The notes: generated by a model from the letters alone, not told the origin. Positions 12,202 through 26,110 are shown, numbered from the whole stretch's first letter. The stretch: DNA of 60,584 nt, filler included, from Platydemus manokwari (GCA_037951405.1; 5 parts of 5 records of this genome joined end to end with filler, not necessarily neighbours in it); one strand, 5' to 3'. Numbers and translations: made by a program.

Positions 12202-15200
12202 TCTTATTTTATTGTTGTTTATTGAATTTTATTTTATTATCATTTATATTCTAAATAATATTTTTATTATATTTACCCAAGCCTTCTAGCAACAACAACC
12301 TCTTATCTGTTTGGAGTCCAGATAAGTTGAAGATTTAGGGTAACCACATCTTGGGAAATTAATAGCGTTAGAAAACCCTTCTGATCTTACAGCGTTGATC
12401 AATATCTTTTTATAAATTGTGCATTTGTAATCTGATTTTATATCTATTATATTAACACCCATCAATCTTTAACAGATATTTTTCTGTACCAGTATTGTTA
12501 TCACCATGTCTCGGATCGTCATAATACTTCTTTTAGCTAAGCCTGGTGTTAATATGGAAGGATAATTTTTTGCTTAATTCCAAAATGTATTGCTATCATT
12601 TCTTTTACTTTAAATACTCTACCCGATCTGTCAGCTGGTTTTGAAGCACTTTACCTACAAATCCAATTATCGTTAATAGATTTCGAAATACTTGTCTCGT
12701 CTTACTATATCTATTCACAATAACCAACAGATTTAAGTCACAAATTTCCCAACGTCTGCAACATCGACAACGCCATGTCCCAAAGGACTAACATCTTCCC
12801 TTGTAATCATAATCTCTTTAGTCCCTCTATCTCTAACTTCCATTTAGCACAAATATCACAATTGCGTATTTCATGTTCAATGCTTCGTATCATATTTGTC
12901 CAGACGTAATTCTGTTTAATGTAATCGATCAAATTCTTATTACCTATATGGCACAACTCCTTATAAAATATATATTTAGTTTCTGCAAATGTGCCTCTGG
13001 CAAAACAATTCGTTTCTTTCCATTCTCATTATACACCACTTCATATTTAGGCAACTCGTATTTCTTTAAACTGTTAAAATATTTGCTTTTCTTTATCACT
13101 GAATTGACTTCTGTTTCTTTTTTTCCTAACCAATTTCGAATGAAACCAACGACAATATCTTTTTTTGAATTTTTTTTAGTTCGCCAATATTTGCAATGAA
13201 AAACTCAACAGAATTAATAAACCAATTTTTGGCTTGCCTTCTTTAGTTCTTTGGTCTTGAGTTAAGCAATGTGAAAAAAATTCTTCGCCTTTTCTTGAGA
13301 GTCCATTTGCTTTTCCATGATCCCTTCCGGTATTGAAGTTCAAAATTGAATCCGGATAAGATTGTAAACCATGATTGAAGCTGAGGGGTAATTGGTTTGT
13401 TAGTATTCTTTATGTAAGTCAAGGCTTTGTGATCAGTGCGACTCACAAACACCTTTGCGAGTACAAACTGTTTAAAATTCATAATGATTTGGTGGATTAC
13501 CAAAAGCTCTGTTTTCTTGACGAAATAACTTTTTTTGATTGTTAAGAGTTCTTAAAGCAAAGGCTACTACTCTCTCTTTTCCAGTATTATTTAACTGGAT
13601 TGGAACAACGCTAATCGCTACGAAACCAGCGATAGTATTTGAAATCATCTCTTTATTTGTAACCGGAAAGTCAAAAATAGGAGCTGTGCTTTGTTAATCC
13701 CATGGATTTCCAAAACTGTCATCATACTTTGTAGTTCACTCCAAATTCACATAACATAGCTGTAATTAGTGCGCTCTCTTTGATTAATCATCTGTAAGAA
13801 TTGCATAAACTTAGGAACGTCCGAAATTGAGTTTCTTTTACTTCCTTAATCTTTGTCGTTATTAGTTCCTGTACCTTCTAGACTAACCGTATGGCACAAG
13901 AAATTTAATTTTCTAGTACCAAAACCACATTTTTCAAGATTCATTTTCAAACATGATGATTTTATCAATTTGGAAACCTTGGCGAGATTCTCATTGTGTT
14001 CCTATACTGTTCTTCCATACATTAAAATATCGAACGCCCTTGAAAAACCCTTGAATATTAGTCTTTGAAATGTTGCTGATAAGGTACATAATCCAAATGT
14101 TAGTCTGTTCAAAGAGAACTACCCCGTTCTAGTTCTGAACGCCGTTTTCAAATTAGATTCCTCCTCAAGTTGAACCTGATAATATAACGTTTGGATATCA
14201 GGTACGGGAAAAGAAAGTATCTAAACACATCCTGATCTATCATTTTTTCATTGGAACTACGACCAAATAAAGTGCCAAGGGCTTTTGCAAGGCGTTATGA
14301 CATTACTTTCGAGAAAACTTTCTATACATTCTTGAATTTTGCGTTGTAAATTTATTGGCTGCCTTTTGGTGCAATAGGGTCCCTTTTTGTTCCGATAAGT
14401 ATCAAATTGAAATGAAAAGCCTTAAAATGGAGCCATTTTTTAAACCCATATTCAACGAAATATCATTCTTTTCAGTAATACTATCCAGTGTCATTTTTAT
14501 TCTGTCTATATCACAGTTATTGCTTTCCGGTGTCGAAAGCATCAATTGATTCTCTCCTCTCAAGAAATATTCCACAAGTCTTCATCATATCCACTCCGCC
14601 GATAAGTCATAGTAAAATTTCTTTTACTACAATGATCTCCTTTACTAGGATTTTGTCGTTAGAAACTATTAGGATCATTATTTTTCAGGGCACAATTTGT
14701 GAATATAGGCGAATACACAAGCCAATTGAATATTTCATTTGCTCACTCCAATATGCCTCTAATCGGTCTTATTTGTTACTGTTATCGATGCACCAGAATC
14801 CCGTAAATTTTTAGTCTGTGTACCGTTAAAATCAATTGTACTCTACTGTCTATCATCTGCTTTGTGATAAATCTCTGAGTGCTTTCTCTTCCTCTTGCTA
14901 TATTCGTTCTTTACTTATATTCTATCTCTAGTTAACATGTGTCATACTGACTCAACCCACTGACGAGATAGCACAAGAAGTTCATTCCAGTTTTTTCGTC
15001 TTCCATAGAAAGTGAGCTAATACAATCACTTACTTCACTTTTGGTTTGAATATTAGCTTCATATTCTTCGTCATGGATGTACAGTATTTTTGTCGATCTA
15101 TTATAATAAGGCTTTCTGGCCAAATGGCATTCTCTGAACGTATGCTTTTATTTTTCGAATATTAAATATCTATTTCACAGAGGACATTCAAACTTTCGGT

Positions 15201-16100
15201 ATCTTAGCTCATAAAGCACTCTCCTGGTTTTAAATAATCACCATGTGATTTGGGTCTTCTTCTACAATCCTTGTAGAATTTAGACGCTATGGCCTGTATT
15301 TTTTGGAGATTTCATATGATTAACCGGTGCACGCGATATTCCTTTACACCAAAACCTCTTTCATGCACGATTGTGCTTAGATTTTTGAAGGACATTTTTC
15401 TGAAAGGCTTTTTTTGGGTCTTTTCAAATATTGACTGGGCATGTGAGTTCTTGATGATATTTATCGGCTTTGACGGAGTTAACTTCTTCTCATATTGTCA
15501 GAGAATAAAAGACTCTTTCAATTTTTGTTATTTGAACTTTTCAGAATTTGTTAGTCTTGAAATTTCATTATTGTTTTTCTTATCAAAACCTGCCTCACAA
15601 AGCTTATAACTGCGGCACTTTTCATCTGGTCTGTGAGATACTTTAAATGGAATAAATTTTTAATTCAAATTTAATTCTTATTTTATCTAAAATCAAATTT
15701 ATTTGTTTATATATTTGTATTTATAAAATAATAAAAAAATCCAAATCCTAAACCTTGTTGTCCACTGTTTTGCGATATGAAAGAGTTTTCATAAACCATT
15801 TCTCAATCTATTCATTTGAAATAGCTTCTTTAAAACTACTGAATTCTTACCATAGTTGTTTGGGGTCATCTCTCCAGAGTATGTCAAATGCAAATGATAT
15901 TTCCATTTGATTAAATGTGGCGAAATTCATAATTATCTGGAACCATTTTTTAGCATCCAATAATGATGTATCAAAGATGGTCTTCGGAATCGTGATATTT
16001 TGGGGCTGCTTGGTTAAACTTTTATGCCTTTTCTTTTGACTCTTATAAGAGCATTTATTTCGGTGTTTGTTTGCCTCAAAATTTGTTGTTTCAAAAATAG
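12202..16100 (-). mobile_element. Ty3/Gypsy LTR retrotransposon remnant (gag-RT-RNaseH-integrase), cut by the gap
   Basis: Minus-strand motifs in Gypsy order: gag (FDTSLLDAKKWF near 15970; zinc-knuckle remnant KHTFREC near 15135), RT (YYQVQLEEESNLKTAFRT, FGLCTLSATFQR, DILMYGR), RNase H (RTDHKAL...WFTILSGFNFELQYRKG), integrase zinc finger (IRNCDIC near 12860). Multiple disablements. Confidence 0.9.
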
Positions 16101-17616
16101 CATGTATTTTGTCTAATATTTAAACAAATCAAATATCTAAGATTTACCTAACTATATATATGTGTGTGTGTATGTATTTCGAAGTTAGTTTTTAAAATTT
16201 ATTAAATCATTAGGACATCCGTCAGGACTCTAAAATAATGATGATATTTAAAATAAAATTATTTTTTTAATCAAGAATATCAACACAATATTTTCAAAAT
16301 ATATTATGAAAATCTTTTCAAAGGCAAAGAATTGTTATACATTCTTATTCAGCAACTTGAATAGGGGCCATTCTTTCCTTAATCTAAATTAAAACAATAA
16401 ATTTTATAAATTTACAAAAAGCAAAATTAATTTTTAATAAATTAATTTTTTCAATATATTTGTGGCTTAATCTGGTTTTAGGTGTCATTTTGATAGATAC
16501 AATGATCGAACTAAAATGAGGGCGATGTTCCTCCTCTACCGACTAGTCAAAAGAGTAATCGATAAATACAGAGCATTTTAACGTCTTATCAATATATAAC
16601 GATACTACGCTAGTAATAAATTAATAATTTTTTTATCTTCATTTCTTAAAATTCAATGAAAATTAATTTTATTTTACTGGCTTTACACCAATAGGTATCA
16701 GATAAAATTTTTGCAATTCGTTATTGAATTTAATAAAAATTCAATAGAATTTAAATATTTCTCTGAGATTCCTCGATAACAAACATAAAATTAAGCAAAA
16801 TATTAATGGGAAAATACTTAATGCTTCTTTGCATTTAAAATTACATCACGTGATTAAATAGAACTCGCGAAATAAGCTAGGTATTGAATAAAAATAAAGA
16901 GATTGAAATAAAACGGAAATACTGCCTTTGAGAGCCTCACAAATCTAACAAATTCCACACCGTTAGTCAATTATTAATTAATAAGTGATATTAAAGTTCA
17001 CAGGAATTTAATTGTATATCATTTAATTCAATAATCGGTCTCCGTGCAATATTAGAACTCTGTCGTAGATAGAGAACTGGTCTAGCACATTAAATAATAA
17101 TCGTTCTGTTTTAGAATTTTGCTAAATCGATGAAGCCCTTAATTCATTCATTTTTCTTATTTATATCATAATTATTTCTGTTGACAGAAAACTGGAAAGT
17201 TTCGATGAGAAAGGGAAGAATATTTTATTAACAATTATATTGCACTGAAGCTCATATTCCTTCTTATTTCCAATTTAACCAATTCTTCATCACTTATTGT
17301 TTTATTGAACCATCATAACTAACTTTAAAAATGTCCATAAAGGAGCAAAATTTTAATTTTCTGAACCCGTAACCGGAATTCTTTTTTCTTATTTACCTTG
17401 TAATTAAACAGTAATGCTCCTCTGATTAATAAATTGTGTAATTAGCTATTTTCTCTTTCCAATTCGTAGATAAATTTTGAATTACAGCTGTTGCATTGAT
17501 TTTTATATTATGTAGAATAAATCGATATTACAATCAAACTTCACACTTGACACATTTAACTCGTGTCTAACGAGTTACATTACCAGTGAATTATGTTAGA
17601 TCGATAATTCGTACCT

Positions 17617-20600
17617 CTATAGAAGCAACGACACATTTCTCTATTATAGTTTAATATTATTGTATAATAAATAATCTAATTTAATCGATAATTATAAACA
17701 ATAAACAAATTCAACAAATCTATAAGTTATAAGAATTTTAGAAAAACTATAACTTACGGCAGATTGAATTATATCAAACATCGTATTTTTGAGTTCAGAA
17801 TTGTTCAAGGAAAAAGCACTTTTCATCAAATCATGCAAATTTTTATTCACATTTTCCATACTTATTAATGTTCTAGCAATCTCACACTTGAACTTTTCAA
17901 CCGCTATTTCCACTGGGGTTTTACCGTCGGAATTCGCTAAATTGACATCAAATCGTTCCGATTTTATAACGTAAATCACATCTTCTTCAGAAATCATATT
18001 GTTTCCAATAATTCTCGTGAGAAATGTTTCACCATCAATTTCAACAGAACTGGTATTGGCACATTTATTAATGAGTAATTCATATAACCTTTTATAATCA
18101 CAAGTGCTAGTGGAGCTTTTGAAATTTTCTAAACACTTTAATGCCAAATGAAGACAAATCGAAACGACTTCAACGATATCTGTTGGTTTATCAAATACAG
18201 ATAGAGCACGTTCAATCATTTTTAATCGTCCATCATCCATGCATTGCAAAAAGAAATCGAAAAGCGTTGGCCATATCTCTTTCATTATTAAAGAATCTTT
18301 TAAATATTTATCGATTGAATCAAATTGCTTGGCATTGTATAAAATCTGAAATAGTTGCAAGCGGTCTTTGGATTTTATTCTGCTTTCGTTGATACGAATA
18401 AACTCTATCGTTTGTCTTAAGAGAAATTCATTATAATTATCTGAAAAATGACTCAGATAAATTACATCGGATAAGAGCCAATAGCTTCTTCTGCAATCTG
18501 TAGAATACTGTCGTCAGAATTTCTTTTCAATAAAAGTTTTATCAGATTCTGTAAATAAAATATCCAATGTTTAGATTTTCTTTACAAAATTATTTATATT
18601 TTTATAATACGACACGAAAATATGGTTGAAACTGATATCTATCGATCCCAATTAATTTTTATTATAAATAAAAACGAAACTGTCGTGTTGATACTCACTG
18701 CGTAATAGGGCTTGGAGTTTGAATTTGTTGAAGCACATAAAATAATTCGTTTTAAAAAAGAAGTGATGAAAATTAATTATTTTAAACTAACAATCGTGAT
18801 AGAAATATATTTATACAAAAAATAAGTATTAGGTTAGTCCATGAGTTCACGTTGTTTTATTTATTTCCAATGAAATATTCCAAATTCATTCAGCTGAGTT
18901 ATCATTTCATATTAACTTTCACTTTCATTACCCTCAATAAAATGAAGTGTCACGTACATAAAAATGAACATTTCCAGCATCTTTTCCTTTTCTATTTTAG
19001 TCAACATTTAAACGCTTCAGAAGCCACTAGAATTACTTGTTGCGTTTTTGGTGAAAAGGCAGTCAGTGAAAATGCAGCATGAAAGTAGTTTTAGAAATTT
19101 AACAGTGGAAATTTTGATTTAAACGATCTATCTCAGTCAGGCCGACCTAGTAGTTTGATGAAGACTGTTTGAACCAATTGATTCACGATGACCCGCGCCA
19201 ATCGACACGAGAGCTTGGACAAGCCATGGATTTTTATCACACCACTATTTCTCGACATCTCAAGAAAATGGAAAAAGTTCAACAGCTTTTATCATAAGTA
19301 CCTAACCTTCTCAAAGAAAATCACAAAAATCAAAGTGTTTCGATTTCTGCATCTTTACTCATTCGCATTCAATATGCTGTGCAACAATGTCAATTTTCCT
19401 TTTCCGGGATCTTAACAGGCAATGAGAAATTGTGACTGTATAGAAATTTGCAACACAAAAAAGCTTGGGTGAGTCCTCAGAGGTAACGGCAACCAGGCAA
19501 AATATTGTTATTCATCACGAAATATTGCCAAAACACCAAACAATCAATGCTGAACTTCATTGTGAACCAAGAAAACGAGTAAACACAGAAATCAAAGCGT
19601 AGAGGACCAATTAGAACCAGATAATTTTACAGCATGACAATGCTCAGCCTCATGTCTTCACAATGACAAAGTTGACAATTGAAGAGTTTGGCTTGGAAGT
19701 TCTTCCCCATCGTCCATATTCGCCCACTTTAGCCCCGCAAATTTTTATCTTTCCCACTTCATGTCAAATCATCTCTCTAGTCTCTCATTTAAAAACGAAG
19801 AAGGGATAACAACCTGTATTGAAGAATTTTTCGACCGAAAATCACAAAGGTTCTTCAAACGTGGTATTGACAAACTGTCAGAACGGTGGAAGGAAGTGAT
19901 CGATTGTGGCGGAGGATATCTCACCGATTAAGACTGAGATATTTGTTTTTTCTAATGATTTCATAAATTCATTTTGTTATCTGGAATATTTTGGATGGTT
20001 TTTTTTCTTTACCAGTATGCACCAACATAATATTTACTAGAATCGATAAGGTGAATATTACTGGATATAGATTAAACATAAATTTTTATATTCCCAATTT
20101 TTTAAAATATTTGCTTTCCATTAAATTCTTCAAATTATTTTCTAAATTGAAATTTTTATTTCTTACCTTTTCATTAAATATAATTTATATTTTTTTGATA
20201 TTTTCTCTAAAACCTCTCTTCAACTTTTCTATATCTTCATTCTATTCTATAATTCCATGCCATGAACCTTCTCAGAATCGAGTACCATGTGTGGATACCA
20301 TAGTAGATGCTATTACTTTATATAACAACAGTTGTAAACGAATTGATACAGTCAGGACATTGATTATTTAATTACGAGAACAATTATTTAACCAAAATTA
20401 ATATTTTTTGACAATAATTTATAAATCCTTGAAATTTAAGTTCTTATATCCTCACAGATATAAAAACGATATATTCTTGATATTGTTTTCAAAAAACCCA
20501 TTCAAAAACGATATAATTTTTGAAATTAATTCGTCAGCAAATTAACTTGTGATCAATTTCTGGAAAAATTAAGAGTGATATGACACATTTGAAAATCTAG

Positions 20601-21051
20601 AGATCCTAACCAAGTTTGACATCAGATTAATTTAAAAATTTCTAAATCACATAAATATCGAATTTTCTTACATCTCGATCTTGTTGAGCTTTTGTATTTG
20701 TTTCCATTTCCATACCTTTTTCAACCACTTCGATGTGGTTATAGTCCACAATAATGCCATGATTTGGTTTGAAGCTAAACAAATTATGTTCCAATAAATA
20801 AATTTGAGGCAAAATAGGTGGCTCCATTTCCTGATAATAAATAACAAAAACCAATGGCAACATCAAATAAAATATAATCACTAGATCAAGTCCACAAACT
20901 AGATTTTTATTTTCAAAATTTCCAATCCACTGGAGAGTACCGACAAGGGGATTAACCTTTCTATTATTTTCAGGATAATAGTTTACAAGATTACCGATAT
21001 TTTGACACAATTCATCGTCATTATATGATGAATATGGTTGGTAATAAGAAC
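17617..21051 (-). CDS. Spliced gene, 5'-incomplete: CAP-Gly-like domain followed by ankyrin repeats
   Basis: Phase-compatible GT-AG exons at about 21051-20882, 20830-20672, 18548-18466, 18418-17758 and a probable last exon 17640-17617 (boundaries within a few nt). Translation includes GTLQWIGNFENKNLVCGLDL/EMEP...LFSFKPNHGIIV (CAP-Gly-like) and DGETFL..., FDVNLANSDGKTPVEIAVEK (ankyrin). Confidence 0.7.
18829..20030 (+). mobile_element. Mariner transposon (decayed) in an intron of the CAP-Gly/ANK gene
   Basis: Degenerate TIRs ttaggttagtccat and atgcaccaacataa flanked by TA. Motifs NASEATRI, SGRP, LQHDNAQPH, EVLPHRPYSPTLAP, GIDKLSERWKEVI. Confidence 0.9.
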
Positions 21052-21289
21052 CTGGACAAAAATTGAAAATTTATTAATGTGAGGAAAATTCAAATTAACT
21101 AATAATAACTCTAAATAAAAAATAATTTAAAATACAAACTTCAAAAAATACATTTAAATAAATATTAAGAAAATCGTAATAATGACTTCTTTTGTTGAAA
21201 CATCAATTTCAAGCGAAGAAGTCGTCACTAACAATTAATATAATTAAAAATTTATTATTATTCTGGTAACTTCATAGATAATAAATTAA

Positions 21290-21389
21290 NNNNNNNNNNN
21301 NNNNNNNNNNNNNNNNNNNNNNNNNNNNNNNNNTTAATTAATTAANNNNNNNNNNNNNNNNNNNNNNNNNNNNNNNNNNNNNNNNNNNN
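21290..21389. other. Assembly spacer N44-TTAATTAATTAA-N44
   Basis: Same 100-nt spacer. Confidence 0.97.

Positions 21390-21460
<71 letters not shown>
21390..21460. repeat. (TAT)n microsatellite at a contig edge
   Basis: Perfect tat repeat next to the gap. Confidence 0.97.
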
Positions 21461-22487
21461 TCGATTAATCTTTCTTCCATTTCTTAACAAATGTTATATA
21501 TGAAATTGCGAGGAATTTTATGGATAACGATAAAATGTGACTGCTAGTAATATTATTATTTTTCTAACAAATCCTCGAATTCACAGATTCATTAACTTAT
21601 GAACTAACGAATAAGATGATCAACAGATTAGTGAATTGTGGCAAAAATTTGGAAATAAAAATAGAGATAAAATTTTAAAATACTCGGAAGTGAAGGGGTT
21701 GTCATATAATTCAGTAGTATTACAGCTATTATTATATCTCAACAACTTATGTATCTCAACCATCTGGAAGGGAATTGAAAAGCCGTAATAGCACTATTTT
21801 TATCGATTTTGTTATTTGATATTTTATAAAATCTAACATTAACAACTCTTTTCTCAATTCTTCCAATGTAATTTTTATGTTCGTTATCTTATCATAATAT
21901 TACTTAATCAGCTAATAATATTGTCATATCATACTTTTAACAGCTTTTTCAACTTCAACATAAAATACAACAGACGATTCCTTTCTGTTAGATTGATTAA
22001 TAAAATCGCCAAACAATATCGACTGTTCAGAAAATTATTATTAAAATTAATTGGTTATTTATATCATGACAAAACAATAACAATGAAAGACTCGATTTTT
22101 AATCGTCTTTGACTCAAAATCAATTATGGTAAAATAGAATATATCAGACGATGATTAATATTATAATTAAAAATCCGAATCTTGCAGAATCAAAACTCAA
22201 TCTTTCCAAAGCATCGTGTACAATGGATAAATAATTAACTAAATTTTTATAATTAAAATTTAAACAGAAATTTTTAATAAAAAAAAATCATTACAGCTTT
22301 CAAAGATGGAAATAAAAGCAAAATTTTATTCATGATATCGTCTATAATTTATAAAAAGAAATCAATAGCTTATTGATATTGATAAAATCGATAAATGGCT
22401 TTATTTCGAATTTGACTTTAATTATGTTATTTTATGGAAATATTTGGTGAATTCTCAGGAGCCTTTTCGTTCCTTGGGAAATTGAAT

Positions 22488-22531
22488 CCAATCAGAGAGA
22501 AGTTTGTTTGTAAGAATTCGATATAAATAGT
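22488..22531 (+). promoter_or_regulatory. Putative CCAAT box and TATA box of the prohormone gene
   Basis: ccaatc at about 22488 and tataaata at about 22522, roughly 45 nt upstream of the ATG at 22570. Confidence 0.55.
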
Positions 22532-22569
22532 CGACTAATGTCCACGGGAAAAACCCATTAAACAGAAAT

Positions 22570-23177
22570 ATGATGTTTGTTTTTCTCTTGTTAGGATATG
22601 TAAGGATTATTATTTTTATTTAATTAATTTTAGATTCATTTCTTTTCTTTTAAAATGATTGATTCAATTATTCTATTATTATTAGCAACAACTGATTCAA
22701 ATACTTTTACAGCTATTAATTATCGTTTATTTAATAAATCCTATGCAATACACATGTCATTACACTCGTGGCCGCCATATTTCCTATTATAGTATTTATT
22801 TCTGATATCTAAGAATATTTTTTTTCAAAATTTTCAAAATAATTAAAAGAAAAATAACAATTTTATCAAATTTTATTGGTATAAAAAGTTCCTTTGATTT
22901 GGAAAATAATATGTTGATACTTTTATATTCCATGATATTCGTGGGGATAGTTTTAGTAATATACAAATTACAATTTGAAAAATATTATTCTTTTCAGATT
23001 ATCTTTGTTCAAGCTGAAAATGGACAACCTGAATACATGGATAGCTTGTATTTTCCTTATTCGAAAACCGGTAAACGTTTTGCCGATTGGAAAAGAATAG
23101 CGGATTGGAAGAGATCTGACATATATCTCAACAGATTACACAAGATTCTTAAAGGATCATCATTATCTGACTTTTGA
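22570..23177 (+). CDS. Two-exon secreted neuropeptide prohormone (69 aa)
   Basis: Exon 1 22570-22599 (MMFVFLLLGY, donor gtaagg) joins exon 2 22998-23177 (acceptor ttttcag) in phase 0. Product: MMFVFLLLGYIIFVQA-ENGQPEYMDSLYFPYSKTG-KR-FADW-KR-IADW-KR-SDIYLNRLHKILKGSSLSDF. It has a signal peptide, three KR sites and a GKR amidation signal. Confidence 0.85.
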
Positions 23178-25449
23178 ATGGAGATTGAAAATGTTAATAG
23201 AAAATAAAATCCTATAATTAATCGATCAATATTCGGTCTTTTGTACATCTGTTTTGCAAATATATTGCCATCAATTTGAAAATAATCGAATTATTTACCT
23301 AATAAATCATTAAAAATACCGGAGAGCACAAATTTGAAATTATGATAACCGTCGATATATATATAGCGATGATTAATGTAAAGACGTATTAAATATTCTG
23401 ATATTCGTAATTATAAATCATGAATATTTATTCTGAAATGACTACCGATCGCAACAGTGAAAAAAGAAAATGAAGAAAAAAGAAAAAAAAATTGGTTTTA
23501 AATTAATGACAAAATATTGATAACATGTTAGGTGAAATTAACAGGATAAGTTATCAATCGTACTTTTATAATTTTACATGTGTTTATAGTTTATCTATCT
23601 TTGTATGGAATTATCGAGCTTTTGAAGGTATTGGAAACACAATCTTTATGAATCATTGGACAAAACGCGAAATTAATCTTAAATTAGGGTTAAATGGATT
23701 TTAACAATAATTCAAAACTATTATTATTAATAATGATAGTAATTGTTGTATTTCTTACTATTTGGTATTATTTGATATTATTATTATTATTATTGATCAT
23801 ATTATTAACTAGTAGACTTAAACATATAACGTAATTATTACTAAACGTTCAGAATGAATTAATCTTATAAATCTTTATAATAGTTTTTCTTTATTCATTA
23901 GCTTCGTCTTTGCAACATGTGTTGTTTAACATATTTTTTTTTATCGTTTGTTATATACGGATTTTTTACCAGATTTATACATATTTTTAAACATATTATT
24001 TGGTTACAAATGCTTGTGTATGTTGAGAGATTTGAATCAATTGAGAGTATTGGCGAAACGGAACACGGCAAACTTTATGATGAAAATTACGACTATAAAG
24101 TTAGTGAAGTTTCTAATGCTATGAATGAAAGTCATCTAAGAATCTTAACATTTCAAAATCTTCGGTTTCTTGTATGCTTATAATAAACTTGAAATTAAAA
24201 TCTGAACGTGGAAGTCTTCACAAAATGAGGCCAGGGACACACCTTGTATTTATATATAATAATAAATCAAATAATACCTGATAGATGATTTTTTTTAAGT
24301 TAAATCTAATATTCGTGAATTAAGACTAGATACACTGGTGGGTCTGTTTACAATTTCTTCACTACAACATCAGATATTTATTAAAAATATTATTTCGCAT
24401 ATATGTTTATCTTTGTTGCTTCGGATGATTTATTTTAAATTTTTTATATATTTTAGTTTTTTATTAATTACTGCCATTAAATTTCACTACGGGTAATTTT
24501 TGTTTATTTGAGAAAATTCTTTTATTCTATTTTGCTAAGGATTATTTATTTATGGAATTTGTATATTATGTTTGATTAAGAATTTACCAATTCATAATAA
24601 TAATTTGTTCATAACTGGGATAACGGAACCAAGAAAAAGACAAAGATGAGAAATAGAAATCATAATTTACAGAATAAAGAAATGTTTTCGGATAAAAAAT
24701 AAAGAAATTATTACTGTGAAACGATTCTGAGTTTGGTTACTGTAACAATTGTCAACAAGAGACTCCAGCTACAGACGTAAATCATTTCTGTGCCTTACAA
24801 GTCTCTAAGAGCGACGTATTGTTAATAAATATTTATTATTTTTGTTTGATCCACGGAATATATATTTTATATTTGATTAAGAATTTACCAGTTAAAGATT
24901 ATGTATTTTTATGTATTAGAATTATTCGATTAAAATATTTTATTTACTAGGGTTATCGGAAATTTTTTAAGATTTGGCTTATCAGATATTACTTCTACTT
25001 GATAAAAACTGCTTAAGATTTTTCGGTTATTGCTAGACTAATTCTGATATCTAAAAATTTTTTATGCCGAACTGTTGGGAGTCCAACCCGATCACAAGCA
25101 TACATTTAATCCTGTACATAGCACAATTACGGGCATAAAAGATGCCTAGTAACATACCCACATATGCCTTTGCCTTTGACTATGGATGGGAAATGCACCC
25201 AAGTTTAAACCCAGTTCAATTCAGAATTAGAGCATGCCTCAATCCAAATTGTCAAATTGTCAAAAAAACATTTATTGCTGCTTCGAAACTTCGTGTGACA
25301 ATTTTATGATAATGATAACTCTTATGTTTTAAGTGTAATGACAATTTTTATGTTTTATGTGTTACGATTAACAATAATGACAATTTTATGTTTTACACAA
25401 TTTGATGTCTTTTATAATGTTATCTTTTATAATTTAAGGAAGTGGGGGA

Positions 25450-26110
25450 GAAAGGTTGGCAGATTTTAGGAATAATAGAGTAGCCACACAATGAATAATA
25501 AATGTAATGATATGCTAAAATCATAATAAAATATATATTAAACAAAAAATAAATATAATATTTTGTCAGAATTATAATGAAATATATATTAAAATATAAA
25601 TAGCTATAATAGAATAAAATAAAACATTGTCAGAAGTATTATATATATATATATATAAAAGTTATAATAGAACGAAATCACATAAGAAAAAAGAAAGCAT
25701 GATAATATTTTAAAATACTTCAAAACAATAACAAGTTAAGACACGAATATGGAAATGAAAAGCGGACGCCGTCAACAAAAGCCGAGTGGACTACTAAAAA
25801 TATTATCGCGTGGGACGGCACAGCACGGTATAAATACCAAAATGAAATCAGATCCGAATACACTCTCCAAAATCTGATCACAATGATAACTGATTTGCAA
25901 ATAGAAACAGAACACAATATCGATAAACAAATCATTACTCAGAAAACGAAGTGATATATCTTGAACTAAGTGAGAATACATTATGAAAAACTTATTGCGG
26001 AAGTGAAATCAACAGACCCAGCTAAACTCGAGGAGCATTATTTTTCAGCAGAAATTTGCTATGAAAAGGAATTTCGATAACTGGGCGGAGTAAGGATAAT
26101 TTAATTGTTA
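25450..26110 (+). mobile_element. Solo-LTR-like repeat, related to 32135-32630
   Basis: Both begin ttggcagat, continue through an A-rich ataataaaat region, a GC-richer patch and tataaatacc, and have similar tails (gcggaa...tttttcag...cgga.taag). Confidence 0.45.

Noticed and set aside
15645-15753. AT-rich block in Gypsy gag as a possible intron (caag/gtttag)
   Set aside because: The block is conserved in the second Gypsy remnant (35150-35240) and reads as plausible protein (KQINLIL), so it is more likely decayed coding sequence.
22899-22997. 5' part of ORF 22899-23177 as the prohormone signal peptide
   Set aside because: It starts at TTG and runs through a strong ttttcag acceptor. The upstream ATG exon with a TATA box gives a better signal peptide.
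3446-23177. GPCR and prohormone as a linked receptor-ligand pair
   Set aside because: They are separated by two artificial spacers, and peptide and receptor genes are not normally linked in animals. There is no sequence evidence for pairing.
25066-25140. tRNA-like sequence (minus strand gggttggactccc, B-box-like)
   Set aside because: No cloverleaf or A-box could be built; at most a SINE scrap.
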